64,000 bases of DNA from positions 156 through 64,155 of the forward strand of contig CAZTTF010000117.1 in assembly GCA_964616365.1 (NCBI GenBank). The letters run 5' to 3'. The notes beneath the pieces are model-generated. The model saw nothing but the letters and a program-made list of their open reading frames with translations, was not told where the DNA came from and did no database searches. Shown piece after piece: positions 29,601-38,651 of the stretch. Source of the DNA: an uncultured Lewinella sp. (GTDB taxonomy: Bacteria > Bacteroidota > Bacteroidia > Chitinophagales > Saprospiraceae). Numbering within the stretch: the first letter of the stretch is position 1; the number at the start of each line of letters is the position of its first letter. The position numbers were made by a program, and so were the translations under genes.

Positions 29601-30572
29601 ATGACCAAACGCCTCCTTATACTTTTGCCACTTATGGCCGTCGGGCTGGTCATGTCCGCACAACAGTTACCACGCTACAGTATGCCATGGCTGGACCCCG
29701 TGCAATTTAACCCTGCTTACGCTGGCCTAGACAATAGCCTTAGTATTACCGGGACCTACCGTTCCCAGTGGACGGGGCTGGAAGGGCAGCCCGTAGGGCA
29801 GCGAGTCAGCGCTCATTTACCAATCTACTACCTCAGCAGTGGGGTAGGGGTAGAGGTGGAACTTGATGAAATCGGAGCCCGTGGGCTGAATAGTTTTGGT
29901 TTGTCCTACAATTACCAACTGGTCACCGGGCAGTCCGTCTGGTCTTTTGGTGTGTCAGCACGGATGCTGCAGTTAAGCCTCAACGGTCAGTTATTACGAA
30001 CACCAGAAGGTAACTATGAAGATCCTAACACGATCATTCACAACGATGCCTTGTTGCCGGTAGGCAACATCAATGACGGGTCATTGTCCCTGGGCGCTGG
30101 TGTTTTTTACCAATCAGAAAATCTTGAAGGTGGACTATCCGTCCGCAACCTCAATAATCCGGTTATTGCTTTTCCCGGCATCGATTACTCCCTGGAACAA
30201 CAGTATCACGGTTACCTCCGGGCACGATTTGACTTAATCAGGTCCTGGGAGGTGCTACCAATGGCCTATGCCGTTGTAGCCGGGCCGCAGCAGCAATTCT
30301 CCCTTGGGGCGATTGTCCGCTACGACGAGAATTTCTTCGCCGGCGCCCACTACCGGGGGCACAGCGGGCAGACTACGGACGCCGTAGTGCTAAGTGGTGG
30401 CCTGAACTTGAGTGAGAAGGTTACCCTTGCTTACTCCTTTGATCTGACGTTGTCTGACCTGCGTACGGTCCAGGACGGAAGCCACGAAATAACCATAAAA
30501 TATAACCTGCGACAACGCATCGGTGCGGGCGTGCTACCGCCCAGAATTTACCATCCGCGAGCCAAAGAATAG
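29601..30572 (+). CDS. PorP/SprF-family type IX secretion system membrane protein
   Basis: Signal peptide then QQLPRYSMPWLDPVQFNPAYAGL ... YRSQWTGLEG, the PorP/SprF N-terminal signature. Start moved to MTKRLL (29601). Confidence 0.8.
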   Translation: MTKRLLILLPLMAVGLVMSAQQLPRYSMPWLDPVQFNPAYAGLDNSLSITGTYRSQWTGLEGQPVGQRVSAHLPIYYLSSGVGVEVELDEIGARGLNSFGLSYNYQLVTGQSVWSFGVSARMLQLSLNGQLLRTPEGNYEDPNTIIHNDALLPVGNINDGSLSLGAGVFYQSENLEGGLSVRNLNNPVIAFPGIDYSLEQQYHGYLRARFDLIRSWEVLPMAYAVVAGPQQQFSLGAIVRYDENFFAGAHYRGHSGQTTDAVVLSGGLNLSEKVTLAYSFDLTLSDLRTVQDGSHEITIKYNLRQRIGAGVLPPRIYHPRAKE

Positions 30573-30786
30573 ATGGTAAAAGTCGTGCGGGACACGAAAG
30601 GAATGTTAAAAGTTGGTTTATGTTCCATCTTTAATACTAAGCCTGCCCTTTCCCGCGTTTCGGTCGGGAAGATGTCAGTAGGCTTGTTAAATACTTTCTC
30701 AATTTCAGGGAAAGTTGTTACTGCCAGCTAACATTTTCTATCTTTGTCTCGCTTTTTGAAATATAGAGGAAAACTCGGGTCTTTTA

Positions 30787-32019
30787 ATGAAGAACTTTTT
30801 CTACCCCACTCTGGCCGCATCCCTAATGGCCCTCATCCTATCCAGCTGCGGCGCCAGCGAAACCGGCGAACTCGTCGGTGCACTTGATCGTCCTGATTGG
30901 ATAGGTGTTCAACCTTACGGCATGGTATACGTGCCACCAGGGACTGCTCACGTCGGTAACAGTGATCAGGACATCACAGGAACTTACATCCAGCGTCCTA
31001 AATCCATTACGATCAATGGCTTTTTCATGGATGACACCGAGATCACTAATAACGAATACCGTCAGTTCCTGAACTGGGTACGCGACTCTATCGCTATCGA
31101 CATGATGGGGTGGTTCGATCCAGAAGGTAACCTCGACTGGGAAGCACGTGAGGACCTCGACTTTACTGCCGACGAACTTCAGGACCTATGGTTGGAGGAG
31201 CGTTTTGCCGGTAAGCGTCAGGTAAATACCGATTTGTACAACTACGTCTATAAGACGGTGGATTGGGGCGCTGCTGCCCGGGCACGCCCTAACGGCCAAA
31301 GCGGCCGTGGTATGGACCCTTACATCTCCGAGCACACTGTTAATATCTACCCTGATACCTTGGTGTGGGTGCGCGACTTCGCCTACAGCTACAACGAGCC
31401 TATGGCCCGTAGCTACTTCAGCCACCCGGCTTACGACAACTACCCAATCGTTGGTGTGGATTGGCATATGGCCAATGCTTTCAGCTACTGGCGTACCAGC
31501 CTCTGGAACGAGTACAACGATGTACTGGTTGAGGAGTTCCGCCTGCCGACTGAGTACGAATTTGAGTACGCTGCCCGTGGTGGTAAAGAACACGCTCCTT
31601 ACCCATGGGGTGGTCCTTACGTTCGCAACTCTAAAGGCTGTCTGCTGGCTAACTTCAAGCCTGGTCGCGGTAACTACCCAGACGATGGTGGTGCTTACAC
31701 TGTAGCAGCTGATGCCTACTATCCGAACGATTACGGTCTGTACAACATGGCGGGTAATGCTGCTGAGTGGACAATCACTGCTTTCTACGAAAACGCAAAC
31801 AGCTTTGTACACGACTTTAACCCAGACGTGCGCTACAACGCTAAGGACGATGATCCTATCACTAAGAAGCGTAAAGTTACCCGTGGCGGTAGCTGGAAAG
31901 ATATCAGCTTCTACCTCCAGTGTGGTACCCGTAACTACGAATACCAAGACTCTACAAAGTCTTACGTAGGCTTCCGTAACGTAATGTCCTACACCGGTCG
32001 TTCTATTAATGACTTCTAG
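30787..32019 (+). CDS. GldJ/GldK-family SUMF1-domain gliding/T9SS lipoprotein
   Basis: 410 aa. Lipobox LILSSCG, GELVG...PYGMVYVPPG N-terminus and FGE/SUMF1-type motifs (TRGGSW). I cannot discriminate GldJ-short from GldK by eye. Confidence 0.65.
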   Translation: MKNFFYPTLAASLMALILSSCGASETGELVGALDRPDWIGVQPYGMVYVPPGTAHVGNSDQDITGTYIQRPKSITINGFFMDDTEITNNEYRQFLNWVRDSIAIDMMGWFDPEGNLDWEAREDLDFTADELQDLWLEERFAGKRQVNTDLYNYVYKTVDWGAAARARPNGQSGRGMDPYISEHTVNIYPDTLVWVRDFAYSYNEPMARSYFSHPAYDNYPIVGVDWHMANAFSYWRTSLWNEYNDVLVEEFRLPTEYEFEYAARGGKEHAPYPWGGPYVRNSKGCLLANFKPGRGNYPDDGGAYTVAADAYYPNDYGLYNMAGNAAEWTITAFYENANSFVHDFNPDVRYNAKDDDPITKKRKVTRGGSWKDISFYLQCGTRNYEYQDSTKSYVGFRNVMSYTGRSINDF

Positions 32020-32061
32020 ATCGGCTTTCTAACTGATCTTGAAAACGGTCGCTTCCCATCG

Positions 32062-32098
32062 GAAGCGGCCGTTTTTTGTTGGAACCCGCCAAGTGATG
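32062..32098 (+). terminator. Rho-independent terminator after the GldJ/K-like gene
   Basis: aaaacggtcgcttcc-catc-ggaagcggccgtttt followed by tttg. Confidence 0.85.
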
Positions 32099-32297
32099 GA
32101 GTGAGGATTCCTCACTCGTCTGAAGCGTAGCGTTGCTAAGTTTTGTAGTTTTGGATCTCCTGGAGATGGCTCGCTGTCTGTTTCCTTTTTTGGCCCCTCG
32201 GGTCGGTGTACTTTTTCTTCAGCGCTTCCCTGCTGCCTTTAGGCTATCTGTCGTATTGGCTGGAGGGGCTAAATCATACTAAAATGCTCTGCCTGAC

Positions 32298-33218
32298 GTG
32301 TCCTCTGCTATCGTAAAATCTTCTGCTCTGGCTGCTGGTTTTTCCTTCGTCGGAATTGCTCGCGCTGAGCGTATGGAGCCCGAAGAGCGTAGATTGGAAG
32401 AATGGCTAAACCAGGGCAGGCATGGTACCATGCACTGGATGGAAAACCATTTTGATAAGCGGGTTGATCCAACAAAGCTTGTTCCGGGGGCAAAGTCAGT
32501 TATTTCTTTGCTTTATAACTATTTCCCGGAGGATGATGGACCGAGTCAGGAGGCGCCCAAGATCAGCCGGTATGCTTACGGTGAAGATTACCACAAGGTG
32601 ATACGCGCGAAGCTGCGTGACCTGGTAGCCGAGCTTGAAGAAAAGCTGGTGCGGCCCATTGAAGGCCGCGTGTTCGTGGATAGCGCTCCGGTACTGGAGC
32701 GCGACTGGGCTAAGCGCGCCGGGGTAGGGTGGACGGGGAAAAATACTTTGCTCATCAACCCCAAGGCAGGGAGCTATTTTTTTCTGGCCGAAATTATTTC
32801 GGACCTTGATTTGGCGCCAGATCAGGCGATCAAGGATTACTGCGGCACGTGCACAGCCTGTATTGATGCTTGCCCAACCGACGCCATCAGCCCGTCGGGC
32901 TACCTGCTTGATGCTAGCAAGTGTATCAGTTACCTGACCATAGAACTGAGGGAATCAATTCCGGAAGAATTTGCCGGTAGAATGGAAGGCTGGGCCTTCG
33001 GCTGTGATATTTGCCAGGAGGTATGCCCCTGGAACCGTTTCAGTACACCCCACAAGGAACCCGCTTTTGATCCTCATCCTGACCTGCCGGCGCTTAGCGC
33101 CCGGGAGATGACCGAGATGACGGAGGAGGTATTTCGAAGGGTGTTTCGAAAGTCTGCGGTGAAGCGAACGAAGTTCATCGGTTTGCAACGGAATATTGAT
33201 TTTTTAGATTTGGAATGA
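32298..33218 (+). CDS. queG: tRNA epoxyqueuosine(34) reductase
   Basis: 306 aa. GTG start. Two ferredoxin-type motifs, CGTCTACIDACP and CDICQEVCPWN. Confidence 0.85.
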   Translation: MSSAIVKSSALAAGFSFVGIARAERMEPEERRLEEWLNQGRHGTMHWMENHFDKRVDPTKLVPGAKSVISLLYNYFPEDDGPSQEAPKISRYAYGEDYHKVIRAKLRDLVAELEEKLVRPIEGRVFVDSAPVLERDWAKRAGVGWTGKNTLLINPKAGSYFFLAEIISDLDLAPDQAIKDYCGTCTACIDACPTDAISPSGYLLDASKCISYLTIELRESIPEEFAGRMEGWAFGCDICQEVCPWNRFSTPHKEPAFDPHPDLPALSAREMTEMTEEVFRRVFRKSAVKRTKFIGLQRNIDFLDLE

Positions 33219-33306
33219 TTGCTTATTCGGGAAGGCCAAGTGTTTGGTCTACTGCAACAAGAAGCAACCAGGAATATTTGCCCAACCTTACGTTAAAATA
33301 CTACCT

Positions 33307-33687
33307 ATGCTCCGCACAATCACCTTGCTGCTCGTCTTGTTCATAGCACCTGCGTGCGCGCCCGATCATACGTATGATGAGGCTGGTACTGAAGTAGACG
33401 ACACTCAGATTCCACTCGTGTTGTTGACCGATGCTTCAACCTGGGAGAAGGAAGACTTACAGGCCCTGAAGGATAGCCTTACCGAGCAGCGTTATCGGGT
33501 AATAGTAAGTGGTTTTACCGGCGAAACGGCAGCAGCGCTTACCGCAAGACTTCCCTGGCTACTACAACCGGGAGTAGGCTTGTTTCTGTATGATGAACGA
33601 CTTTCCGGAGCTGGGGCTGCTGACAGTTTACGCAGTGCACTTGACCGGCTTGGCAAGGAAACACCAGTGCAATTGCTCCGGCGCTAG
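33307..33687 (+). CDS. Hypothetical small secreted/lipoprotein
   Basis: Signal-like MLRTITLLLVLFIAPACA. No recognisable domain. Start moved from 33244. Confidence 0.4.
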   Translation: MLRTITLLLVLFIAPACAPDHTYDEAGTEVDDTQIPLVLLTDASTWEKEDLQALKDSLTEQRYRVIVSGFTGETAAALTARLPWLLQPGVGLFLYDERLSGAGAADSLRSALDRLGKETPVQLLRR

Positions 33688-33785
33688 GGTAGTACATTAC
33701 CAAACTAACGTCAGCTTTGAACAATGAAATAACGCAAGTTGCTGACTATCATGGTCAAACTCCCGGAATCATCAAATCTGTTGGT

Positions 33786-33829
33786 CTGTTGGTCTTTTAG
33801 GCTGTCATGACTGCCTAAAAGACCAACAG
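33786..33829. repeat. 44-bp near-perfect palindrome between convergent genes
   Basis: ctgttggtcttttaggc-tgtcatgact-gcctaaaagaccaacag (17-bp arms). Confidence 0.85.
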
Positions 33830-33974
33830 CCGAAATAAACCAAGCACAAATGTTTGGTCCACTTCAACAAGAAGCGATCAAGCATTGTCACCAAACCTCG
33901 CGTTATCTATTCAGTCTCCATGCTGAATTACCAGGGCGATCAGCCCATTTTTTGAATACTAACTGACGCTCATT

Positions 33975-34808
33975 TTATAGCTTTGGGATCAGGACATAGC
34001 CCGATTGGGCGAGGCGGCCGAAGTTGTCGTATGAAATTCTGACGTAGCCAGCATCGGCCCAGTCTCTGCCTTTGATTCCGCGTAATTCGAAAAACTGGTT
34101 TTGGTTATCAAAGCCGACTACGGTAAGATAGTGAAGTTCCGCTCCGGGGTTGTTGGTGGAGTAGGAGGAAGTCCGCAGAGCGTTAAAGGTATTGTCGGTA
34201 CTTAGCTGAATGATGACTGGGTTTCCTCGGGTGAGTGCTTTTTTCGCTTCGAAAACTTTGTTGCGGGGGCGTGTTTCCGGGCGAAACAGAAAGCCGTAGT
34301 TGTCGATTCCGTATTTCGGGACGGAATAAACAGCATTGGGGATCGTGGCACTGCCGTAGGGAACGATGGCTGCAGAAACGGTACCCTGTTGGACGAGGAG
34401 TTTCAGGCCATCTTCAATGTTGGGCGCTGTGCCTCCGCGCGCCAGAGAAAGCGCCAGGTAGTCCGGGCTGAGATTGTCTTTAAAATTGTTATTGAGGTTG
34501 AGGTAGTACTCAAGTCCGCCCGCAAGGGCATAGGCCCACTCCATCCGGGCGTCTGTTGTTTCCCGGATAGGCATCATGTAGGACTTGATGTTTTGCCGGG
34601 AGAGGTCGGAACTTGGCGTTCCGATCCCCGGAATGAATAACATCATCTGATCGAGGGTCTGCATGTCTGATACACCGAGCAAAGCAGTGGCTTGGCGGGC
34701 ATCCATTTTGTCGACCTCGTTTGGTTGCTGGGCGCGGACGCCGGTGCAAAGAGAGAAGGCAAGCAGCAGAGAAAGTAGGACACGCATCTGGAATTGGTTA
34801 TTTGGCAC
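33975..34808 (-). CDS. Secreted papain-like (C1 peptidase fold) protein lacking the catalytic Cys
   Basis: 277 aa. The signal peptide starts at MRVLLSLLL, so an alternative start is 34787. DARMEWAYALAGGLEY aligns to QGxCGSCWAFSatGalE. His context AELHYLTVVGFD. WADAGYVRISY resembles the WGxxGYirm motif. Confidence 0.55.
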   Translation of the reverse strand: MPNNQFQMRVLLSLLLAFSLCTGVRAQQPNEVDKMDARQATALLGVSDMQTLDQMMLFIPGIGTPSSDLSRQNIKSYMMPIRETTDARMEWAYALAGGLEYYLNLNNNFKDNLSPDYLALSLARGGTAPNIEDGLKLLVQQGTVSAAIVPYGSATIPNAVYSVPKYGIDNYGFLFRPETRPRNKVFEAKKALTRGNPVIIQLSTDNTFNALRTSSYSTNNPGAELHYLTVVGFDNQNQFFELRGIKGRDWADAGYVRISYDNFGRLAQSGYVLIPKL

Positions 34809-34930
34809 CTAACTGAAACGTCGGCACCAGGTGATTTCGTTTGTCGTAAGACTGCTCGATGAGGGAAAGGTAGTTATAGCGAGGCTAGTGGTTTTCTCGG
34901 GGTGATATAAAAGTGCTTCGCTCCCAGAGT

Positions 34931-35032
34931 TGTTGCAAAGTAGGGGCGGAGGTCATCCGAAGCGTTGTTTTAGCCTGGCGTCGCCGGAGAACCTAGTCTG
35001 ACGCAAAGCAGAGAGCAGACTTTGCGATAGCC
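34931..35032 (+). repeat. Family C structured intergenic element, copy 2 (upstream of gluQ)
   Basis: ttgcaaagtaggggcggaggtcatccgaagcgttgttttagcctggcgtcgccgg...agactttgcgatagc aligns with copy 1. Confidence 0.8.
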
Positions 35033-35089
35033 CTGGCTTCACTCCTTGGTATCTGGGAATGGACGATGGAATCAGTGTACCTTTAACGC

Positions 35090-35908
35090 ATGAAGGCCCG
35101 CCTCGCACCTACACCTTCCGGTTACCTGCATTACGGCAATGCGGTGAATTTTGCACTCAATAGCCTGTTGGCAAATGGAGATGAACTGTTACTGCGTATT
35201 GATGACCTTGATCGGTCGCGCTTCCGCGAAGTGTACGTAGAGGATATTTTTCGGGTGATTACCTGGCTTGGAATCAAAGTAACGGAAGGACCTTCCTCAA
35301 CGCGGGATTTTCTGGATTCCTGGAGCCAGCGACACCGGATGTGGTTGTATCAGGAGGCACTGGCGCTTCTTAGGTCGCAATCCGTAGTCTTCGCTTGTCC
35401 TTGTACCCGCAAGGAGCTGGCCTCAGGCCAGCATCGCCACCACTGTAAGACCACCCGGATTGATTTGGACACGCCCAATGTTGCGTGGCGAATTGACACT
35501 GAGGCACTTCCTGCTTTGGTCAGTGTGCCTGACCTTGTCTCCAAGGCCGTTTTTGAAGTCCGGGTAGCTACCTCGATTCCCGACTTTGTCGTCCGGAAGA
35601 AAGACGGCAGCCCGAGCTATCAACTGGCCTGTACCGTTGACGATGTTCACTTTGGAGTTAGCCATGTCGGGCGGGGACAAGACTTACTGGCCAGTACCGC
35701 TGCCCAGTCGATTTTGTCTGACCTACTCGGGTATACTCCTCTATTTACCCGAATCGATTTTGTACATCACCCTTTGATTCCATCAGCCGACGGCGGGAAG
35801 CTAAGTAAAAGCGCCGGGGCCAAAGGAGTTTCAGCGCTCTTGGATGAGACTTCCCCCGCGGAAGTATTTGCTCAGGCGAAGAGCTGGCTGACTGGGTCGA
35901 GTCATTGA
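35090..35908 (+). CDS. gluQ: Glutamyl-Q tRNA(Asp) synthetase (GluRS catalytic-domain paralog)
   Basis: 272 aa. HIGH-like PSGYLHYGN, KMSKS-like KLSKSAG and a CPC...HHC zinc knuckle. No anticodon-binding domain. Confidence 0.7.
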   Translation: MKARLAPTPSGYLHYGNAVNFALNSLLANGDELLLRIDDLDRSRFREVYVEDIFRVITWLGIKVTEGPSSTRDFLDSWSQRHRMWLYQEALALLRSQSVVFACPCTRKELASGQHRHHCKTTRIDLDTPNVAWRIDTEALPALVSVPDLVSKAVFEVRVATSIPDFVVRKKDGSPSYQLACTVDDVHFGVSHVGRGQDLLASTAAQSILSDLLGYTPLFTRIDFVHHPLIPSADGGKLSKSAGAKGVSALLDETSPAEVFAQAKSWLTGSSH

Positions 35909-35965
35909 TTTACAGGTTTCACGCAAAAGGTTTGTACCTAAGCAGGGATTTCGGACCTTTGCGGC

Positions 35966-37651
35966 ATGTCCCAAAGTGACACCAATTTTCACGTATTGTC
36001 TTTTCCAGATGAAAAGGTGCCAGCGCTTCCTGAGCGTTTCACCTTCCCTTTCCACTATCAGGTGCACCCGCTGGCCCGTCGTGCCAGCGAACTTCTACAG
36101 CAGCACCTTGCTGAGCAAGAAACATGGGTTCATGATTTTGGTCTTGGCCGGGAAGATGTAGGGGCCAGGGGGAAAATGTTTGGCGTGCTCGTAGTGCGTG
36201 ACGCCGCAGGCATATTGGGCTTTTTGGCAGCCTATTCTGGAAAATTGGCCAACAGTAATCATCTGCCTGGTTTCGTCCCTCCTGTATACGACACTTTACT
36301 GAGCGAGGGCTTCTACAAACAGGGAGAAAAACGCCTGGTAGTGATCAATGCCGAGGTAAAGCGTTTGCTGGCTTCAGAAGCGTTGGCGGCGGCGAAACAG
36401 CAGGTTGTAGAGGTTAGGGAAAATGCTACCGGAGCTCTGGCGGAAGAGAAAAAGTCGTTGAAGGCCGCTAAAGCCAAAAGAAGGGAAATCCGGGCTACCC
36501 AAAAAGCTATCTTATCTGAAGAAGCTTACGCTGAACTTGAACGTTCTTTAGCCCGTGAGAGTGTTGGTCGACACTTTGCTTACAAAGACCTTGTGGGGGT
36601 ATGGGACAAGCGTATTGCCACCGCTGAGGATAATCTGGCAAAGATTACAGGACGTATTGATCGGTTGAAAGACCTCCGGAAGGGCTACTCTAACTACCTC
36701 CAACACCGAATTTTTCGACAGTATCGATTTTTAGATGGGGAGGGCGTTTTCCGGGATCTGACCGACATATTCAGGGAGACCATCTTTAAGACGCCCCCAG
36801 CGGGGGCGGGGGAGTGTGCAGCTCCCAAACTTCTGCAATATGCCTATCAGCAGGGCTATCAACCGGTATGTATGGCGGAGTTCTGGTGGGGGCAGTCTCC
36901 TGCTTCAGCGATCAGGAAGCATGGGCACTATTATCCTGCTTGCCGGGGGAAGTGTGAGCCCATTCTCGGGCACATGCTCCAGGGGCTTTCCGTAGATCCA
37001 AACCCCATGCTCAATAACCCCGCTGAGGGTAAAACACTGGAGATTGTCTTTGAAGATGACCACTTGCTGGTGGTCAATAAACCCGCTGATTTTCTTTCCG
37101 TTCCCGGAAAGACTATTGAAGATTCCGTCTGGTTCAGAATCAGAAAGCGTTATCCCGATGCTACGGGGCCGCTAATTGTCCACCGTCTTGACATGAGTAC
37201 CAGTGGTTTGTTGTTACTGGCAAAAACCAAAGAAGTACATAAGTTGCTGCAACATCAGTTTTTCAAACGGTCCGTCAAGAAACGCTATGTTGCCCTGCTA
37301 GAGGGGACAGTTCAAGGAGATCAAGGGACGATCGATCTTCCCTTGCGGCTGGACATTGAGGATCGTCCCCGCCAGATAGTGTGTTTCGAGCACGGAAAAA
37401 CAGCCAGGACTCACTGGAAGGTGGTGGAACGGCTGCCGGGAAAAACCAGGGTGCACTTATGGCCGGTTACCGGCCGTACCCATCAGCTACGGGTGCATTG
37501 TGCTCATCCACACGGTTTAAATGCCGCTATGGTTGGCGATGACCTTTACGGCCAGAGCGGCGAGCGTTTACACCTGCATGCCGAAGAGATTGCCTTCGCG
37601 CATCCTGCGTCCCGTGCCGAAGTGAAATTTTTGGTTCCTGCTGCATTTTAG
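35966..37651 (+). CDS. RluA-family pseudouridine synthase fused to a ~340-aa N-terminal domain
   Basis: 561 aa. C-terminal catalytic motif HRLDMSTSGLLLLAK. The N-terminal part contains a ~130-aa coiled-coil and Cys motifs GECAAPK / ACRGKCEP. Confidence 0.8.
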   Translation: MSQSDTNFHVLSFPDEKVPALPERFTFPFHYQVHPLARRASELLQQHLAEQETWVHDFGLGREDVGARGKMFGVLVVRDAAGILGFLAAYSGKLANSNHLPGFVPPVYDTLLSEGFYKQGEKRLVVINAEVKRLLASEALAAAKQQVVEVRENATGALAEEKKSLKAAKAKRREIRATQKAILSEEAYAELERSLARESVGRHFAYKDLVGVWDKRIATAEDNLAKITGRIDRLKDLRKGYSNYLQHRIFRQYRFLDGEGVFRDLTDIFRETIFKTPPAGAGECAAPKLLQYAYQQGYQPVCMAEFWWGQSPASAIRKHGHYYPACRGKCEPILGHMLQGLSVDPNPMLNNPAEGKTLEIVFEDDHLLVVNKPADFLSVPGKTIEDSVWFRIRKRYPDATGPLIVHRLDMSTSGLLLLAKTKEVHKLLQHQFFKRSVKKRYVALLEGTVQGDQGTIDLPLRLDIEDRPRQIVCFEHGKTARTHWKVVERLPGKTRVHLWPVTGRTHQLRVHCAHPHGLNAAMVGDDLYGQSGERLHLHAEEIAFAHPASRAEVKFLVPAAF

Positions 37652-38586
37652 GATGCATCGGGAGGGGAGGGGGTGTTTTCCAGCGTGATTATTTCCTTTC
37701 GTATACGTACGGCATCGTCTTTGGGAATGATAGGATTACCTCTTCTTTTGGCCCAAACCTGTGTGAATTCTGCTCCGAGAAATAAGATTAGGCTATTGTA
37801 ATAAGTCCAAACCAGTAAGGTGATTAATGCTCCGGCAGCCCCGTAGCTGTTGGAAAAGTTGCTATTACCTATGTAGTAGCCAATGACAAATCTGCCTAAT
37901 CCGAAGAGCAGCGCTGTGAAAATCGCCCCTGCCCATAGGTCTTTCCACCGGGCCCGTGCGTCCGGTAAAAATCGGAACAGGAGTAAAAATATAAGCGTGT
38001 TGATTGCTGTAGTGATGAGCCAACTTGAAACAGCGATAACAAGTGGACCAACTCCCGGTAATAAGGTGGCCACCTGTTCGATAGAACCGATAATGACAGC
38101 ATTAACAAATAGCGTTACCATGAGTAGGAAGCCAAGCCCCACCACAAAACTGAAGCTAAGGAACCTGCTAGCGATAATGTAGGTAAGGCCATTGCTTGGT
38201 ACTGCTTTTACCTCCCAGATTTTATTTAAGCTGAGCCTTAGCGCGTTAAAAACTCCAGTGGCGGCAAATAAAAGCGTCGCGAAACCAACTAAGCTGGCCA
38301 GCAGGGTATCTCCGGACTTGTAAGCGCTACTGATAATCTTCTGTAACGTCGTAGCGGCCTCCGGACCAAGAAGACTCGACAATTCCGCCATAAGGCGCCC
38401 TTCGATGGCTTCAGGTCCGAAAAAATAGCTCCCTACCGAAGTAGCTATCAGGAGCATGGGCGCGAAACTGAAAACAGTATAGTAAGCTAAGGCCGCACTC
38501 AGGGTGAAGGCATCATCGTCAAAGAATGCGTTAAAAACATCCCGGACAAATGTCCATAATTGACGCAGTGGACGGGGTATCTGCAA
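37648..38586 (-). CDS. YihY/BrkB-family membrane protein
   Basis: 312 aa. About 6 TM segments. N-terminal FNAFFDDDAFTLSAALAYYTVFSFAPML is typical of the family. Confidence 0.75.
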   Translation of the reverse strand: MQIPRPLRQLWTFVRDVFNAFFDDDAFTLSAALAYYTVFSFAPMLLIATSVGSYFFGPEAIEGRLMAELSSLLGPEAATTLQKIISSAYKSGDTLLASLVGFATLLFAATGVFNALRLSLNKIWEVKAVPSNGLTYIIASRFLSFSFVVGLGFLLMVTLFVNAVIIGSIEQVATLLPGVGPLVIAVSSWLITTAINTLIFLLLFRFLPDARARWKDLWAGAIFTALLFGLGRFVIGYYIGNSNFSNSYGAAGALITLLVWTYYNSLILFLGAEFTQVWAKRRGNPIIPKDDAVRIRKEIITLENTPSPPDAS

Positions 38587-38651
38587 AGCGGTTTTTCAAG
38601 CTATAACCTGTCCGTACGTGTGAGGTTCGACCGGCCCGTGGAAGCAAGATG

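Noticed and set aside
30573-30731. 52-codon ORF (MVKVVRDTKGMLKVGL...) directly after the first PorP/SprF gene
   Set aside because: It has no leader-like or domain-like features and lies in a region likely to hold the promoter of the GldJ/K-like gene.
31186-31947. 253-aa antisense ORF and two same-strand off-frame ORFs inside the GldJ/K-like gene
   Set aside because: These are shadow ORFs. The + frame at 30787-32019 carries the lipobox and the SUMF1 motifs.
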